DNA of 63,022 nucleotides, filler included, from Octopus bimaculoides (GCF_001194135.2; 4 parts of 4 records of this genome joined end to end with filler, not necessarily neighbours in it), one strand, 5' to 3'; shown: positions 41,979 to 55,885, counted from the whole stretch's first letter. Numbers and translations: made by a program. The notes: generated from the sequence alone by a model not told the origin.

Positions 41979-43669
41979 TATATATATCTGTGTATTTGTA
42001 TAATGAATGCGTATCCCAGTGTATTTGAATGTATAAACGAGATATGCTGTACTCATCAGAGTGTTTGTAAATTTTATTTATTCATTTGTAGGTAACGTTT
42101 CAGTCTTACATCTTCCAAAGTTGTACCGTTTGCGTGTTCCATCATTCGAGAAGGAACGAACGCACAGAAAAGTCGCACTCGGAGTTGAGACAGAGGAAAT
42201 ATATATATATATATATGTATATNNNNNNNNNNNNNNNNNNNNNNNNNNNNNNNNNNNNNNNNNNNNNNNNNNNNNNNNNNNNNNNNNNNNNNNNNNNNNN
42301 NNNNNNNNNNNNNNNNNNNNNNNNNNNNNNNNNNNNNNNNNNNNNNNNNNNNNNNNNNNNNNNNNNNNNNNNNNNNNNNNNNNNNNNNNNNNNNNNNNNN
42401 NNNNNNNNNNNNNNNNNNNNNNNNNNNNNNNNNNNNNNNNNNNNNNNNNNNNNNNNNNNNNNNNNNNNNNNNNNNNNNTATGTGAAGTAATGCCGGTAAT
42501 GTTCTTCAGTTATGGAGAGTGCTGGAGAGTGTTCTGGTCTGTTGTTGGCACGGTGCACTACGCAGCGAGCTACATCTTCATCAAATAAAAATACTTCGAT
42601 TTGATTAAGAAAGAAATGTTTCCATTAATATTTTTCTCGCTATCCATAAGCGATTTCACTTTCTCGCCAAAAGCAATATCTCTTTGTAATGGGTGAGATT
42701 TCAATAAAAGGCAATAAATGATTACAATGCCATCTTTTGGTCTTGTTTACTGTCCATAAAATGGGGGGGGGGGGAATATTCTCTTTTGAAATATGTTAAA
42801 AAAGTGTTACTCCCGTGAAATCTAACGCCATTTTGTTTTAAATTTACATCTTCTTGTTATAATTCTTGTTCTTGTTATGAGGTGGGGTTTCAAAAAAACT
42901 TCGCAATCTCTTTTTCATGCTATAATTTTGTTTTATTTATTTTATTTTATTTTAATTAATTTTATTTTCATTCCTGGCATCTGAATATTTTAGATACGTT
43001 ACATATCATTTTTTTCATTTATTCTTCTTTATTTCATTTTTTATTTTGCTGGTGTCTCTAGAATTGTCTTCCTTGTTGGTAAATTGTTATTTCTATGCAT
43101 TGCATTTTTGTCAGCGGTGGGGCGGAAGACGTGTCGGTTTTTCGTTGTGTTTAGTTCTCTCTTTTGCTTGTGCCATCTTTTCCAACAAGGAAGGTGGAAA
43201 AATTCTGTTATATATTCATATTATTACATTAAATGTCTATTATAGAAATAGAATTAGTTGTAATTCTATTTGCTTTTCTCTCCTTTGGAAAAACTGACTG
43301 TTGTGGTGATAAGGTAATTTGAAACGACCAAACCAGAATGGGAAACTTGTTTGTATACTTTCGTTTATATTCTTTATTTCATTTTTACTTCATTTTATTT
43401 TTTATTTTATTACATTTCATATTTTTTATTTTTCAACTTTTAAGTTTTTTCTATTTTATTTTATTATTATTATTTATTATTTTTTTTTTGTTCTTCAGAA
43501 AGAATGGAAGAAATATAAACGATGTACAAGACCAATCAATCTCAGCTTGTTTTTCGCTTTTCTTCTCACCATCTTTTCCATTTTAGTTTCAGGTCTGATG
43601 TACGTTTTATCCTCTTTTGTTATTTTATTCTTCATACAAATATAAGATTTGTTTGGTGGGTATATACCT

Positions 43670-43776
<107 letters not shown>

Positions 43777-43842
43777 TGTCTGTGTGTCTGTGTGTGTGTT
43801 TGCAGGTATGATTGTATGTACGTATGTACGTATACGTATATG

Positions 43843-43873
<31 letters not shown>

Positions 43874-45417
43874 TTGTGTGTGTTCAAATAAATCTTATAT
43901 TTACATATTTATATAAATACATATACATACATACATATCATACATATATATACTTGTATATATATATATTTTCACATATAAATACATACATATACATACA
44001 TATATATATTTGCATATATATATGCATATATATATTTACACATATATACATACATATATACATATATATTTGATTTTGTGTGCATATAAATATATATGTA
44101 ATTGTATGTATACATACACATACACACACACGCACACATACATGCACACGCATACATACACACGTTTGCTTTTGTTGTTTTCGTCTTTTTGATTTTTCCT
44201 TTTGTCTTTTTTTTTGTCATATTTATTCTCTTTGCTTGTTTGTTTTTCTTTTTCTTTCTTATTTTTTGGCAGGAATTGAAACATTTCAATATTGCTTATT
44301 GTAGAGTAAAATGAAACGTGTTTTTCAGCTTGTATTTTGTTAAAAAAAGAAAAAAAAATTTAATTTTAGAAATGTAACGAAATCAATTTCATATTCATCT
44401 TAACATCATGTTGATTAAGCTGAAAATAACCGGTAGATGTCAATTTTCAGCACATGTTATTAATAGTATGAACTAGCAACACCTTCAATCACCATTCTTA
44501 CAACTGTCAGAATCTATGAAGAATAAAAAATTATGGTAGTGAATAGCTACTACGGTTAGGCTATAAATATTTGCACATACGCAAAAGGAGGCGGGACAGA
44601 AATATATCATTTTTCTCATGCAAACACACACACACACACACACACACATACATACAAACACAAACACACACACACGCGCGTCAGTGGGTGGGCAGAAATA
44701 CATACACAGGCATTCACACACGGGCATATATATACGCTCAAGCAACAATAGGCACAATTTCTCTCTCGTACACACACACATACACACACGTGCGCGCACA
44801 CACACACACACACACACATCAAGAAACATATCTTTTGTTTACAGAGTTAAGTATGTATATATGCATGTATTTAGGTATCTATGTATGCATGTATGTACGT
44901 ATATATAAATATAATATATGTGTATATAGATAATAAATATCTCTGTGCGTGTGTGTTTATGTGTGTATGTGTGCGTGTGTATGATATATAATATGAATTT
45001 AATACAAATATATACATGTTATATGATATATAATATATATATATGTGTCTATGTCTGTGTATGTACTTATGTGTATATATCTATGTATGTATGCATGTAT
45101 CCATCTATACGTATATATAATACCTATATATATATATATATATAAATACACACACACATATATATACATATATATATAGTTGTGTGTGTATATATATATT
45201 AGAGAGAGAGAGAGTGTGACATATATTCATATATGTGTGAAGATATATTTCTGCCCGTATATGTGTATTACACACGGGCATATATACATACACATATCAT
45301 GTGTATATGGAGGTATATGTATATGGAGGTATATGTATATATACATGAGTGTGTGTTTTGTCTATGCATGTGTGTGTTGTGAATGTATGTGTGTGTGTGT
45401 GTGTGTGTTTGTGTGTA

Positions 45418-45460
<43 letters not shown>

Positions 45461-46059
45461 ATGTTGGTATGTGTGTATGCCTATCACTCTAGGCTGGAAA
45501 ATATTTTCGTGCGTGCAAGCGTGCGTATAAAAGTGTCCGTGCGTGTGTGTCAATGAGCATTGTATACTTGCATATTTATATATTTATAAATTTATATCTT
45601 TATATATTTGTATATTTGTATATTTATCTCTCATACAAAGACAGACATGTCTCTCAAAAGACTGTATCTATCACGATCTGTTGGTGTAAAATGTCTACTC
45701 TTCGGCAAACGTATGTTTAACGTGGCGCCTGTCACTCAGTAATATGCCGTGGGTATTTGTCCACTCGTGTTTCATATATATATTCCAATGTATGTACATG
45801 TGTGATACATATATGTGTGATATATATTTATATCAGTGTATGAGTTTGTGTGTGTGTGCGTGAGTATATAGACGTTGCTGTAACTGTCAACACTCTTTGA
45901 TATACCTGCCAACAAATATAGGGGTTTGTTTGTTCGTTTTTTGTTGCATATATTTTTAATGTTGTTCTTCCTTTTTCGTTTTTCTTTTTCTATATTCTTT
46001 GTCAAAATATGTTGCTGTATCAGTCTCCAGACGTTGGTGTACGTATGAAAAGATGTTCA

Positions 46060-46460
46060 TATCTATCGGCAGTAGAAACACCACCAACAACAAGAACAAC
46101 AACGACTACAAATACAACAATAATAATAACGCCAATCAAAATAACAACTGTAAGAGCAATAACAACTGCCGCATCCAAAATAAATGCAACAGCAATAATA
46201 GCAGCAGCTACAGTGACAACTACAATAATAATGACAACAGCAACAACAACACGAACGACAACAACAATTACAACTGCAATAGCATGACCAACAAGGCCAG
46301 CGACTGCAATACAATAGATAACAAAAATAACAACATTTACAACTATATAAGAACAACCTCAACAAAAACGACAACGAAAACACCACACACTTCTACAGCC
46401 AATATAGCATCAACGAATGTAACAAAAGCAACGTTGATAACAATCGCAACGGCAGCAAAA
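46060..46460. repeat. Cryptic (AAC/AAT)n low-complexity tract
   Basis: Degenerate trinucleotide periodicity; yields Asn/Thr/Cys-rich ORFs on both strands. Confidence 0.8.
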
Positions 46461-46699
46461 GCAAAAAAGAGAGAGAGCTGAGGGAGAAATATAATAGACT
46501 CTGGGATTTAATGTAGTAGGGAATTTCAAGGTCATTCAATCATTTATTCCTCGGGGTAAATGTTACCCCAATTGGGGGGAACCCCTTTCTCGGCTCTGCT
46601 TATTGCGTTCTATTTCGTAATGGACTTTGCTTTGAGCATTTACGCTACTCGCCTCGCTAGGTATGTGGGAATGTAAAAATACTTTTTAGGTAATTAGGT

Positions 46700-48737
46700 G
46701 AGATTCGATTTAGAACGCAAAGAGCAGAACAAATACTGCAAGACACCGATTCCCACAATTTTATAGTTCCACCAATCTTTTGCTCTTGATTTGTGTTTTT
46801 TTTATCGACGCCGAAACCTGGAAATCAAAGTTGGCCACAACGAGATTTGATCTCAATATGTAGAGGGTCAGAACCAATAGTGCAAGACGTCCGTCACACA
46901 ACTTTACAGTTCCAGATTTATCTTTCGCTTTTGATTTGTATTTTTCTATTGCTCTCGAAACCTGAAAAGCAAAGTTGACCATAGCGAGATTTGATCTCAG
47001 AACAAATACTGAGACGCAGTCTATCCGACACTCTAACGTCTCTGCCAAATTCGCTGCCTTGAGTGGCATAATGTATGTCCCCCCCCCCTATATACTGTGT
47101 TCAAATCCAGCCTGGACTCCCTCTATCATCAACCTTCCATTCTTAAGCATTGGTATCTCGTGTATCCATAGATCTGTCCTTGGGAAGGCACTCACCAAGA
47201 TGCAAGATTTGGTATGGTTTTTATCCAAAACCAACGGTTTTTCTGTTTGCATATCACCAATATTTTCAAAAAAGAAAAGCAGAACCAGTCCAGTTTCGAA
47301 GTAGGGTCTTCACAGGAGTTTTCATCAGATCATAAAAAGCTGGTACAGATACCTCGAGACTTTATTCAACTCGCTAACGATGCCAACTATCCAGCTCCGT
47401 AAACTACTACTTTATTTAATGATCTGAAAGGATTAAATGTAAAGTTGACCTAGTCAGGATTTGAACTTACAGCTCAGAGAAGTAGGACGGGTACAAGAAT
47501 CTATTCTATTCGACGCTCTATTGACTAGGAATTCTCCTTCTCCTAAAAGCAGCCATTCACAAATGCAATCGCTATCGTTTCATATTGTTTTGATTTATGC
47601 ATTAGTTTCTTTGATCTTAGATCTGCACGATTAGAGTTCAACAAGGACTAAACACAAACAACAACAATAGCAACATCAAAAACATGATACTGATTTCTAA
47701 TATTCAAACAAAGGAAGACGGTGAGCTGGCTGAATTGTTGCCGCGCCGGGAAAAATTCTTAGCGGCATTTCTTCCGACTTTCACGTTCTGAATTCAAATC
47801 CCGCCAGGATCGACTTTGGGTTTTATCCTTTCGGATCGATACAATGAGCATCAGCTGAGCATTTGCCAAAATTTTGAAACCAAAATTACATACGAAATTA
47901 TATAGGTGATTTGCAAAATTAAATGGATGTCACGAAATTATAAACATATGTAGTGAAAATGATACTGGTGTGTCGCGAAACAGCGTAGATGTGTAGCGAA
48001 ATTTTACAGGTGCGTCTCAAAATTATCCGAGCCCAGGAATTTTTTTTTATTGCTTTTCGTTTCCGAAGAGCAGCAAGCGATAAATGAAAATGAGGAGGAA
48101 ATGAGATAACAACTTACGATCGTGTGTCCATCACATAGACTCACAATCGTAAGGTTGTGAATTCGATTCCCAGTTCGAGCAAGATACATCAGTTCACATA
48201 TCTCCAGTCCCGTCAGCTGAAAAGGTGTTGAATCTGACATGATATAATGCTGCTATTTCTAGCAGGCTAAATGACCACACAGAGACATTTTATCGTGTAG
48301 AATGATGTCAAAAAAATGTAGAGGTCCACCATGACCTTAAGCCTGTATTAGAAACCACTATGAGAAATGTTTCCGCTTTTTTTTTTTTTTAATATTTTCA
48401 TATTTTGTTGCAATTTTATTTTCCCCTGTGACAAAAATAGGTATTCACTGAAAGTATCAGCAAATCGCAGGTAGATTTCTTTATTATATGGATAAAAAGA
48501 TTAAGCATCCTGAGCCCAAAAACACTTTTTCTACTCCGTCTCATCCACAGAAATGAAGAACGAGATTCGCACTTCACTTGCTATTTTCAGGTTAATGCAC
48601 CCGCCATCATTTCTGCAGCGTCTACGAAATATTTGCGTGAATCACCGTAATATATTTTTCCATAAACTTTTCGTTCAGAGTGAAATTATTAATTACGACA
48701 GTAAATAAGGGAAATAAGCATTTGTGCACGCATTAAA

Positions 48738-48810
<73 letters not shown>

Positions 48811-49676
48811 AATATATGTGTGTGTGAGTGTACTTGTTATAAAATGTGCATGCGTGCACAGTTTAAAGGAAAGAGTGGATAGGAACAGGTAGATCGATCC
48901 GATATTTCACAGATACTTTATTTTATCAACTCTAAAAGGACAAAATAGCAAATTATACTCTGGCGAAATTAGGTCTCATAATTAGAAGAGATCGAACTAA
49001 ATATGTAACACAAAGTATTTGCTTCGATGTGATGCCTACATCCAATTATGAAGTTCCAGGTTTGATTCTTACGTATGGCACATCGACCAAGTTTTTTTTT
49101 TAGTATTTTGTTTTTATAGAATAGCTACAGATCAGCAACTGTTATGGATACTTTGTGTAAACCAGTTAAACAGGTTGTATCAAAAACTTAATGGTCCGGT
49201 ATTAACATTCACTGTATCAAGCTGATTCGTCAGGGTGCCGGTTAAAATGCCTGGTAGCTTTTCTTCCTACTTGAGTCGAAATTCCGCCGAAGTCATCTTT
49301 GCCGGTCATCATTACAAAGTTGATAACATAAAGTAACAGTCAAGTACTGGAGTTGGTGGTATTCTCTAACATTACCAGCCTTGCACCAAAATTTAAAACA
49401 GTTATTAGTGTTGCTGCTGTTGTCTCTGTTGTTTGCTGATTTTGTTAGAGTATTGGACTGCCAGAATCGTTAGAGCGTCGATCAAAATACCTTGCGGTAC
49501 TTTTCGGCTCTTTACGTTCTGAGTTCACATCATGAGAGGTCGACTTTGCCGTTCGCTCTTTGAAGAATGATAAAACTAAGTACCAGTGGAGCACTGGGGT
49601 CGATGTACTCGATTAACCTAATCCTTCAAAAGTTCAGGCCTTTTGCCTTTAATAGAAAGCATCATTAAGTAACGTA

Positions 49677-49723
<47 letters not shown>

Positions 49724-50545
49724 TGTGCCCTTTTAAAGCCTAGCCAGGCTCATGGGCCCGGTTTCCCGGTTTCTATGGCGTATGTATTCCCCCCAGCTGA
49801 ACGGGACGCCAGTCCATCGCAGCGTTGCTCAAGAAACAGGAAGAAAGAATGAAAGCTGGGGCGAAAGAGTACAACAGGGGTCGCCACCACTCCATGCCGG
49901 AGCCTCATGGAGCTTTGGGTGTTTTCGCTCAATAAACACACACAACGCCCGGTGTGGGAATCGAANNNNNNNNNNATTCTGTGCCCTTTTAAAGCCTAGC
50001 CAGGCTCATGGGCCCGGTTTCCCGGTTTCTATGGCGTATGTATTCCCCCCAGCTGAACGGGACGCCAGTCCATCGCAGCGTTGCTCAAGAAACAGGAAGA
50101 AAGAATGAAAGCTGGGGCGAAAGAGTACAACAGGGGTCGCCACCACTCCATGCCGGAGCCTCATGGAGCTTTGGGTGTTTTCGCTCAATAAACACACACA
50201 ACGCCCGGTGTGGGAATCGAAACCGCGATCCTACGACCGCGAGTTTGCTGCCCTAACCACTGGGCCATTTCGCCTCGATTAAGTAACGTATTGTGTTGTT
50301 AAACAAACCATTTGTGCAGGTTGTTCTGGAAGAAATAACAAATGCCTAATCCGCCGTCTACAACAGAAGAATTCGCGATTGTCTCGGCAGAATCGTTAGA
50401 CCATCGACTAAAATTCTTTGCGGTATTTTTCCCCGCTCTTTGAGTTCTGATTTCACATCTCGACTGGATCAACTTTCGGGGGTCGAGAAAATAAGGTACC
50501 AATCAAATACCTTCTCCCATCCAAATTTGCCGAACTTGTGCCTAA
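46700..50545. mobile_element. Dense cluster of SINE family 3 copies in both orientations
   Basis: Recognisable copies near 46700-46870, 46915-47050, 47390-47525 and 48895-49010 (minus) and 47715-47880, 49235-49400, 49450-49660 and 50380-50545 (plus). Confidence 0.65.
49720..50277 (-). mobile_element. SINE family 2 variant with (AAT)n tail; 246 bp duplicated across a 10-N gap
   Basis: Same tRNA head as 9016-9376 but a different 3' body containing CTGCGATGGACTGGCGTCCCG; 49720-49965 equals 49976-50221. Confidence 0.85.
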
Positions 50546-51614
50546 ATCAAAACCCACCATTATTGCTCTCGTACGGCAGCCACATACTACCATCTCTGTC
50601 AACAAATTCGTTGTCATATTCGTCTCAAACGTAACTCGAAATGTTAAGTATGAAAACTTTATATAAAAAAAAAAATTTACAGTTTCGAATTTTAAATTAT
50701 TTTTCATGCGATATTTTGCTGACATTTACAATTAGGCACTGCGATTATACTTAATAGTCGCATGTCTTCAAACTCCTTCTTGCAAATATATAATTAAATA
50801 TTAATGATTTTAATGAGCTATCATTTGTTGTTGGTGTTGTCGTTTTGTCTCTGTTTCACTTTTTTTTGTTTTTTGTTTTTTGTTTTTGCTTGTTTGCTTT
50901 TTTTCTATTTTCTAGTTTTTGACGTGTATTGGAATGAGTCACGTGATACATGAGACTAGTTAAGGAAGAATTTACTGAAAGGCATAAGTGCCCTCCCTCG
51001 TGAAGTAGTAGTAGTAGTAGTAGTAGGAGGAGGAGGAGGAGGNNNNNNNNNNNNNNNNNNNNNNNNNNNNNNNNNNNNNNNNNNNNNNNNNNNNNNNNNN
51101 NNNNNNNNNNNNNNNNNNNNNNNNNNNNNNNNNNNNNNNNNNNNNNNNNNNNNNNNNNNNNNNNNNNNNNNNNNNNNNNNNNNNNNNNNNNNNNNNNNNN
51201 NNNNNNNNNNNNNNNNNNNNNNNNNNNNNNNNNNNNNNNNNNNNNNNNNNNNNNNNNNNNNNNNNNNNNNNNNNNNNNNNNNNNNNNNNNNNNNNNNNNN
51301 NNNNNNNNNNNNNNNNNNNNNNNNNNNNNNNNNNNNNNNNNNNNNNNNNNNNNNNNNNNNNNNNNNNNNNNNNNNNNNNNNNNNNNNNNNNNNNNNNNNN
51401 NNNNNNNNNNNNNNNNNNNNNNNNNNNNNNNNNNNNNNNNNNNNNNNNNNNNNNNNNNNNNNNNNNNNNNNNNNNNNNNNNNNNNNNNNNNNNNNNNNNN
51501 NNNNNNNNNNNNNNNNNNNNNNNNNNNNNNNNNNNNNNNNNNNNNNNNNNNNNNNNNNNNNNNNNNNNNNNNNNNNNNNNNNNNNNNNNNNNNNNNNNNN
51601 NNNNNNNNNNNNNN

Positions 51615-51648
<34 letters not shown>

Positions 51649-51654
51649 TGTGTA

Positions 51655-51802
51655 CTCTCTCTTTTACTCTTTTACTTGTTTCAGTCATTTGACTGCGGCC
51701 ATGCTGGAGCACCGCCTTTAGTCGAGCAAATCGACCCCAAGACATATTCTTTGTAAACCTAGTTCTTATTCTATCGGTCTCTTATGCCGAACCGCTAAGT
51801 TA
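51655..51802 (-). mobile_element. SINE family 1, 3' part, truncated where the Penelope-like fragment begins
   Basis: Near-consensus sequence ending at CCGAACCGCTAAGTTA. Confidence 0.88.
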
Positions 51803-51838
51803 AGATGTATTAGTATAATGCTCGGGAAGTAATAAAAG

Positions 51839-51876
51839 TCTTTAACGTTTCGAGCCTACGCTCTTCCACAGAAAGA
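51839..51876 (-). ncRNA. Candidate variant minimal type-I hammerhead-like motif in a Penelope-like repeat fragment
   Basis: Minus strand: UCUUU-CUGUGGA-A-GAGC(GUAG)GCUC-GAAA-C-GU-U-AAAGA. It has a 5-bp stem I, a 4-bp stem II and a palindromic ACGU stem III. The core deviates from CUGANGA. Confidence 0.4.
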
Positions 51877-51919
51877 AACAAGGAAGGAGAGAGAAAGAAA
51901 GACTGTATAGTGATATATG

Positions 51920-51963
<44 letters not shown>

Positions 51964-52407
51964 TCGATGGCATATTGGCATATATAAATCTACTTATATT
52001 AAGATTCGTTCGCAACAAGGTGAAGTTTTAAACTGAAAGCTTTACTATCCATAGACAGAGCACAACGTAGCGATAGTTTAATAATACTTAAAAAAACCTT
52101 AAAGCACGAAGGTAGCCAATTCCATTTAAACACATGCACACACAGACACACACACACACACACACACAGACACACACTCACACTCACACATACACACATA
52201 TATATATATATATATATTTATTTATTTAGGCATGTATAAATGAATGTAAGTACGTCTACTTTTATATCTGCGTATGCACGTATGCATGTTTACAAGCAAA
52301 CTCTTTATCATTACAAGTGTGGAAATGTTCGCTTAGATTTTCGTATGAAAGCATATACATACATGCATACATACATACATACATATATACATACATACAT
52401 ATATATA

Positions 52408-52507
52408 NNNNNNNNNNNNNNNNNNNNNNNNNNNNNNNNNNNNNNNNNNNNTTAATTAATTAANNNNNNNNNNNNNNNNNNNNNNNNNNNNNNNNNNNNN
52501 NNNNNNN
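52408..52507. other. Artificial scaffold-join spacer
   Basis: 44 N + TTAATTAATTAA + 44 N. Confidence 0.95.
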
Positions 52508-52561
<54 letters not shown>

Positions 52562-54726
52562 TTATGTGTGTATGCATGTATATATATATATATTTGTGAG
52601 TGAGTATGTTTTTATATATAAATGGATTTCCAACACTTTCAGTAGTGAGTATTCGGTTGTTCAATCAACTGAACTATCTGCTCATTGAATTAGCTTGTAT
52701 TCCACAACACTGGCTGAGTATTCCACAGACCCACATACCCTCTACCTTTAAGATAATTCTGAAGTAGAATCAATGTGATAAAGTTCAACAAAGCTGAACA
52801 TTCAAATTACAAGTTTCATCCATTTGAGACATTTTACACTTTTTATCTTTTATCCCATATCACACACGAGGCTCAGAAGGGCAGAATGCTAAGATAAAAG
52901 ATACATGAACTTGAGATGCCATGCAGTGAGATTGAAACTGGGACCCCATGATTGTGAAGCAAACATGTTATCCATTCAGCTATACTATAACCATATGTAT
53001 GTGTATAAATAGGTAAGAATATGTCAAAAAGCATATACTAGATACAGGAATTTACTTCTCAGACTGGACCATTGACACTGAATGAAGAGAGATAGAGTCC
53101 AAACAAGAAATGAGCTGGCTTATAGGCAATGTAGCATTTGAGCTAATGAAAATACAATAACACAAAAGATGAACAGGCATCAAAGATTTTATGAAATAGT
53201 TATACAGGAGTAAATACAAAAATTAAGCAGAGAAAACAGGAAAATCAGGAAAAGGAGTGATCATAGCAATTCTTAGTAGGTATATATAGGTATTAAGTAT
53301 ATATTCTGAAATAATGAACAGGAGGGTAAGTACTTCAAGACAATTGTAGAGTAGTTTATTTAGGCTGATGAAGTGGCTTGTTATGTTGGAGTTTTTCTGA
53401 CAGGGCCAATTCCTGAGACAGGACACAATCTGTTTCTTTCTGAGAAACTGGCACTTCCAGAGTAATGGATCACTGGATCAACTTTAAAAATGCATGTGTG
53501 TATGTATGTAATGTAGTATAGCAAACATAAAATATGATCAATATTTAGAATTTCATGTGTTCCTTTATGGTGTCCATGAAGAGAAATCATATTTTATTTT
53601 GCACAATATCTTGTTTTTGTTCTCCCCCAGTACACTGAGCACAGTAACTGAAGATCAAGAGTGAATATATGTTCATTCAATATACTTTTACAGTTTTTCA
53701 TTAATGACTAGCTCCATTATGTAACATTATACCTTACAATCAGAGCACATCATCAAATCATCAGAGTTTGTATATGCAATGTTAGCTTTTAGATCATTTG
53801 TAGTAATCAGATAAAGAAGTTGTATCTTCAGAGTTTAGTGTTTAAGGAAAGGAAATTTATCTAAATAGGTTGGCTGATTATGAGGAAGAATCTCCATAAT
53901 GTACAGTATGAGATTTAAAAAAAACCCTTGAAGTTACCCTTTCCTGCCCCAGCATTACTGGCATTCAAAGTCTGAAGCTAGTTCTAGGATAAAATAAAAC
54001 ATGAAAATACAAGAACTAGAGGCTGCTCACGCACACACGCACGCATGCACACACGCACGCACGCACGCACAGAGAAGGCTAAGGGACGAAGGAATTTTAT
54101 AAAAACAACATAAAAAATTAACACGTTAAAACACATACAGACACATGCATGTTTATGTATGTTATAGCCCCCAAAAGTGTCTGAGCAAAGTAAAGGAAAA
54201 GTATTTAACACTTATTGTACAGTTTTAGCCTGTTATAAGCTGAAGACTTCCTCTACTACAACTCCGAGTCCCAATATGCACACAGTTGTGTGTGTTTGAA
54301 TGTTTGTACATGTGTCTGTGTAGGTATGTGACCTAATAGTTAGGATATTTGGACAAATGATAATAAGGTCGTAGTTTCACATCTTGGACTGAGTGGTTCT
54401 TTGTGTCCCTGAAGAAGATATTGAGTAGTGCCTTCCTGAGGAACACGGTTGCTTTGGTCTGCATAGCTGCAATGAATACCAGTTGGCTGCAAGTGCAACT
54501 CTCTTTCCCTCCAACCATCACAACATCAATTTTCTGCTGGATCAAGGATTGGAAAAGAGAGAGCATGTGCATATCTGCTCACAACTCCATAGGCACCTGA
54601 AACAATTAATAACAGCATAATAAACGCCACACGATCATACTGGCATAATTTGGTGGCATGTACGATGCATTCAATAATTCTATTAGTGTATATGTATAAC
54701 ATACATTCATACACACATGCACACAC

Positions 54727-54763
<37 letters not shown>

Positions 54764-55391
54764 CACACACAACATATTACTGATGCACCAGCACTATATA
54801 TATATATATATATGTATATTCTCTGCGTTCAATATACATTTAAGCATATACTTCACTGTAGCTAATTATCTTATTCTCATGCTGTGTGGGTGTAATATTA
54901 ATTTATTAATGCTTGTCAAACTAACACTAATATACACATTAACTCAGCCTTGTATTTGTAATAGCTATGAGCTACATGACTTGAAGCTATTCTTTCTTGG
55001 CAACAAGATAAGCTATATGATCACTGATACAGACTTGAACAAATGTGAACGTACTGTAAGTTCAATATCCTTGTCCATGTTGTTGTGTAGAGAACACGAG
55101 GGACTATAACTCAAAACCCATTTTACAGATGCTCTCTCTCTCTCTATGTATACATATATATATATATATAACGTGAGAGAGTTAGGGGTTGGGGGTACAA
55201 CCCACTAAGGGATAGTATCTATCCAGTATACTGCTGGGAGGGTACCCAATTATTGCTACACTAGTGCTATATTAGGTGCAATCAATGGGAGCGGGTAAAA
55301 GTGGAGGTTTTACCCAAAATTTGTGTAACAATTAGAAAATGGAGGATAATATGCTGAACCCAACTACTTGCAGACGGTGTATCCCGTTATC

Positions 55392-55697
55392 ATCATCATC
55401 GTTTAACGTCCGCTTTCCATGCTAGCATGGGTTGGACGATTTGACNNNNNNNNNNCACGAAAACGGCCACGCTCGAAATGGTGTCTTTTATGTGCCACCC
55501 GCACAAGCCAGTCCAGGGGCACTGGCAACGATCTCGCTCGAAAATCCTACAGGAGCCAGTCAGGCGGTACTGGCAACGGCCACGCTCAAAATGGTGCATC
55601 TCATGTGCCACCCGCACAAGAACCAGTCCAGGGGCACTGGCAACGATCTTACTTGGCTTGCCGGGTCTTCTCACGCACAGCCCATTTCCAAAGGTCT
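55392..55697 (-). mobile_element. RTE 3'-UTR element with an internal duplication
   Basis: (ATC)n then GTTTAACGTCCGCTTTCCATGCTAGCATGGGTTGG; TGTGCCACCCGCACAAG..CCAGTCCAGGGGCACTGGCAACGATCT occurs twice; homologous to 20490-20970. Confidence 0.8.
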
Positions 55698-55725
55698 GTT
55701 ATATATATATATATATATATATCAT

Positions 55726-55885
55726 GTCAGGACAATTATTCTCCTAGGACAATTACCCTCCTTGGTTAATTACCCTCTTTCCAATATATTAAGAAGTTTT
55801 AAATCATCTGTTGTCCTCAAGGCTAATTGTCCTTGGGGAGGATTATTGTCCATGTGTGTGTGTGTGTGGGGTAAATGTCCTAGAC
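55726..55885. mobile_element. Foldback MITE with GGACAATTACCCTC subunits
   Basis: Three subunits on the left face inverted TAATTGTCC/TTATTGTCC/AAATGTCC subunits on the right; ends GTCAGGACAATT and AAATGTCCTAGAC. Confidence 0.6.

Noticed and set aside
42478-42620. Open minus-strand frame FDEDVARCVVHRANNRPEHSPALS next to a gap
   Set aside because: No acceptor, an upstream in-frame stop and no recognisable family.
45999-46481. 160-aa Asn/Thr-rich ORF
   Set aside because: Cryptic AAC/AAT repeat open in several frames and on both strands; no clear splice signals.
47280-47335. Minus-strand CTGATGA...GTGAAGACCCTACTTCGAAAC hammerhead-like string
   Set aside because: I could not form convincing stems I and II in either register.
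49200-49240. Minus-strand CTGACGA-ATCA-GCT-TGAT hairpin
   Set aside because: Not followed by GAAA; incomplete hammerhead core.
49720-50221. 246-bp direct repeat giving duplicate ORFs
   Set aside because: Identical copies on either side of a 10-N gap; assembly overlap.
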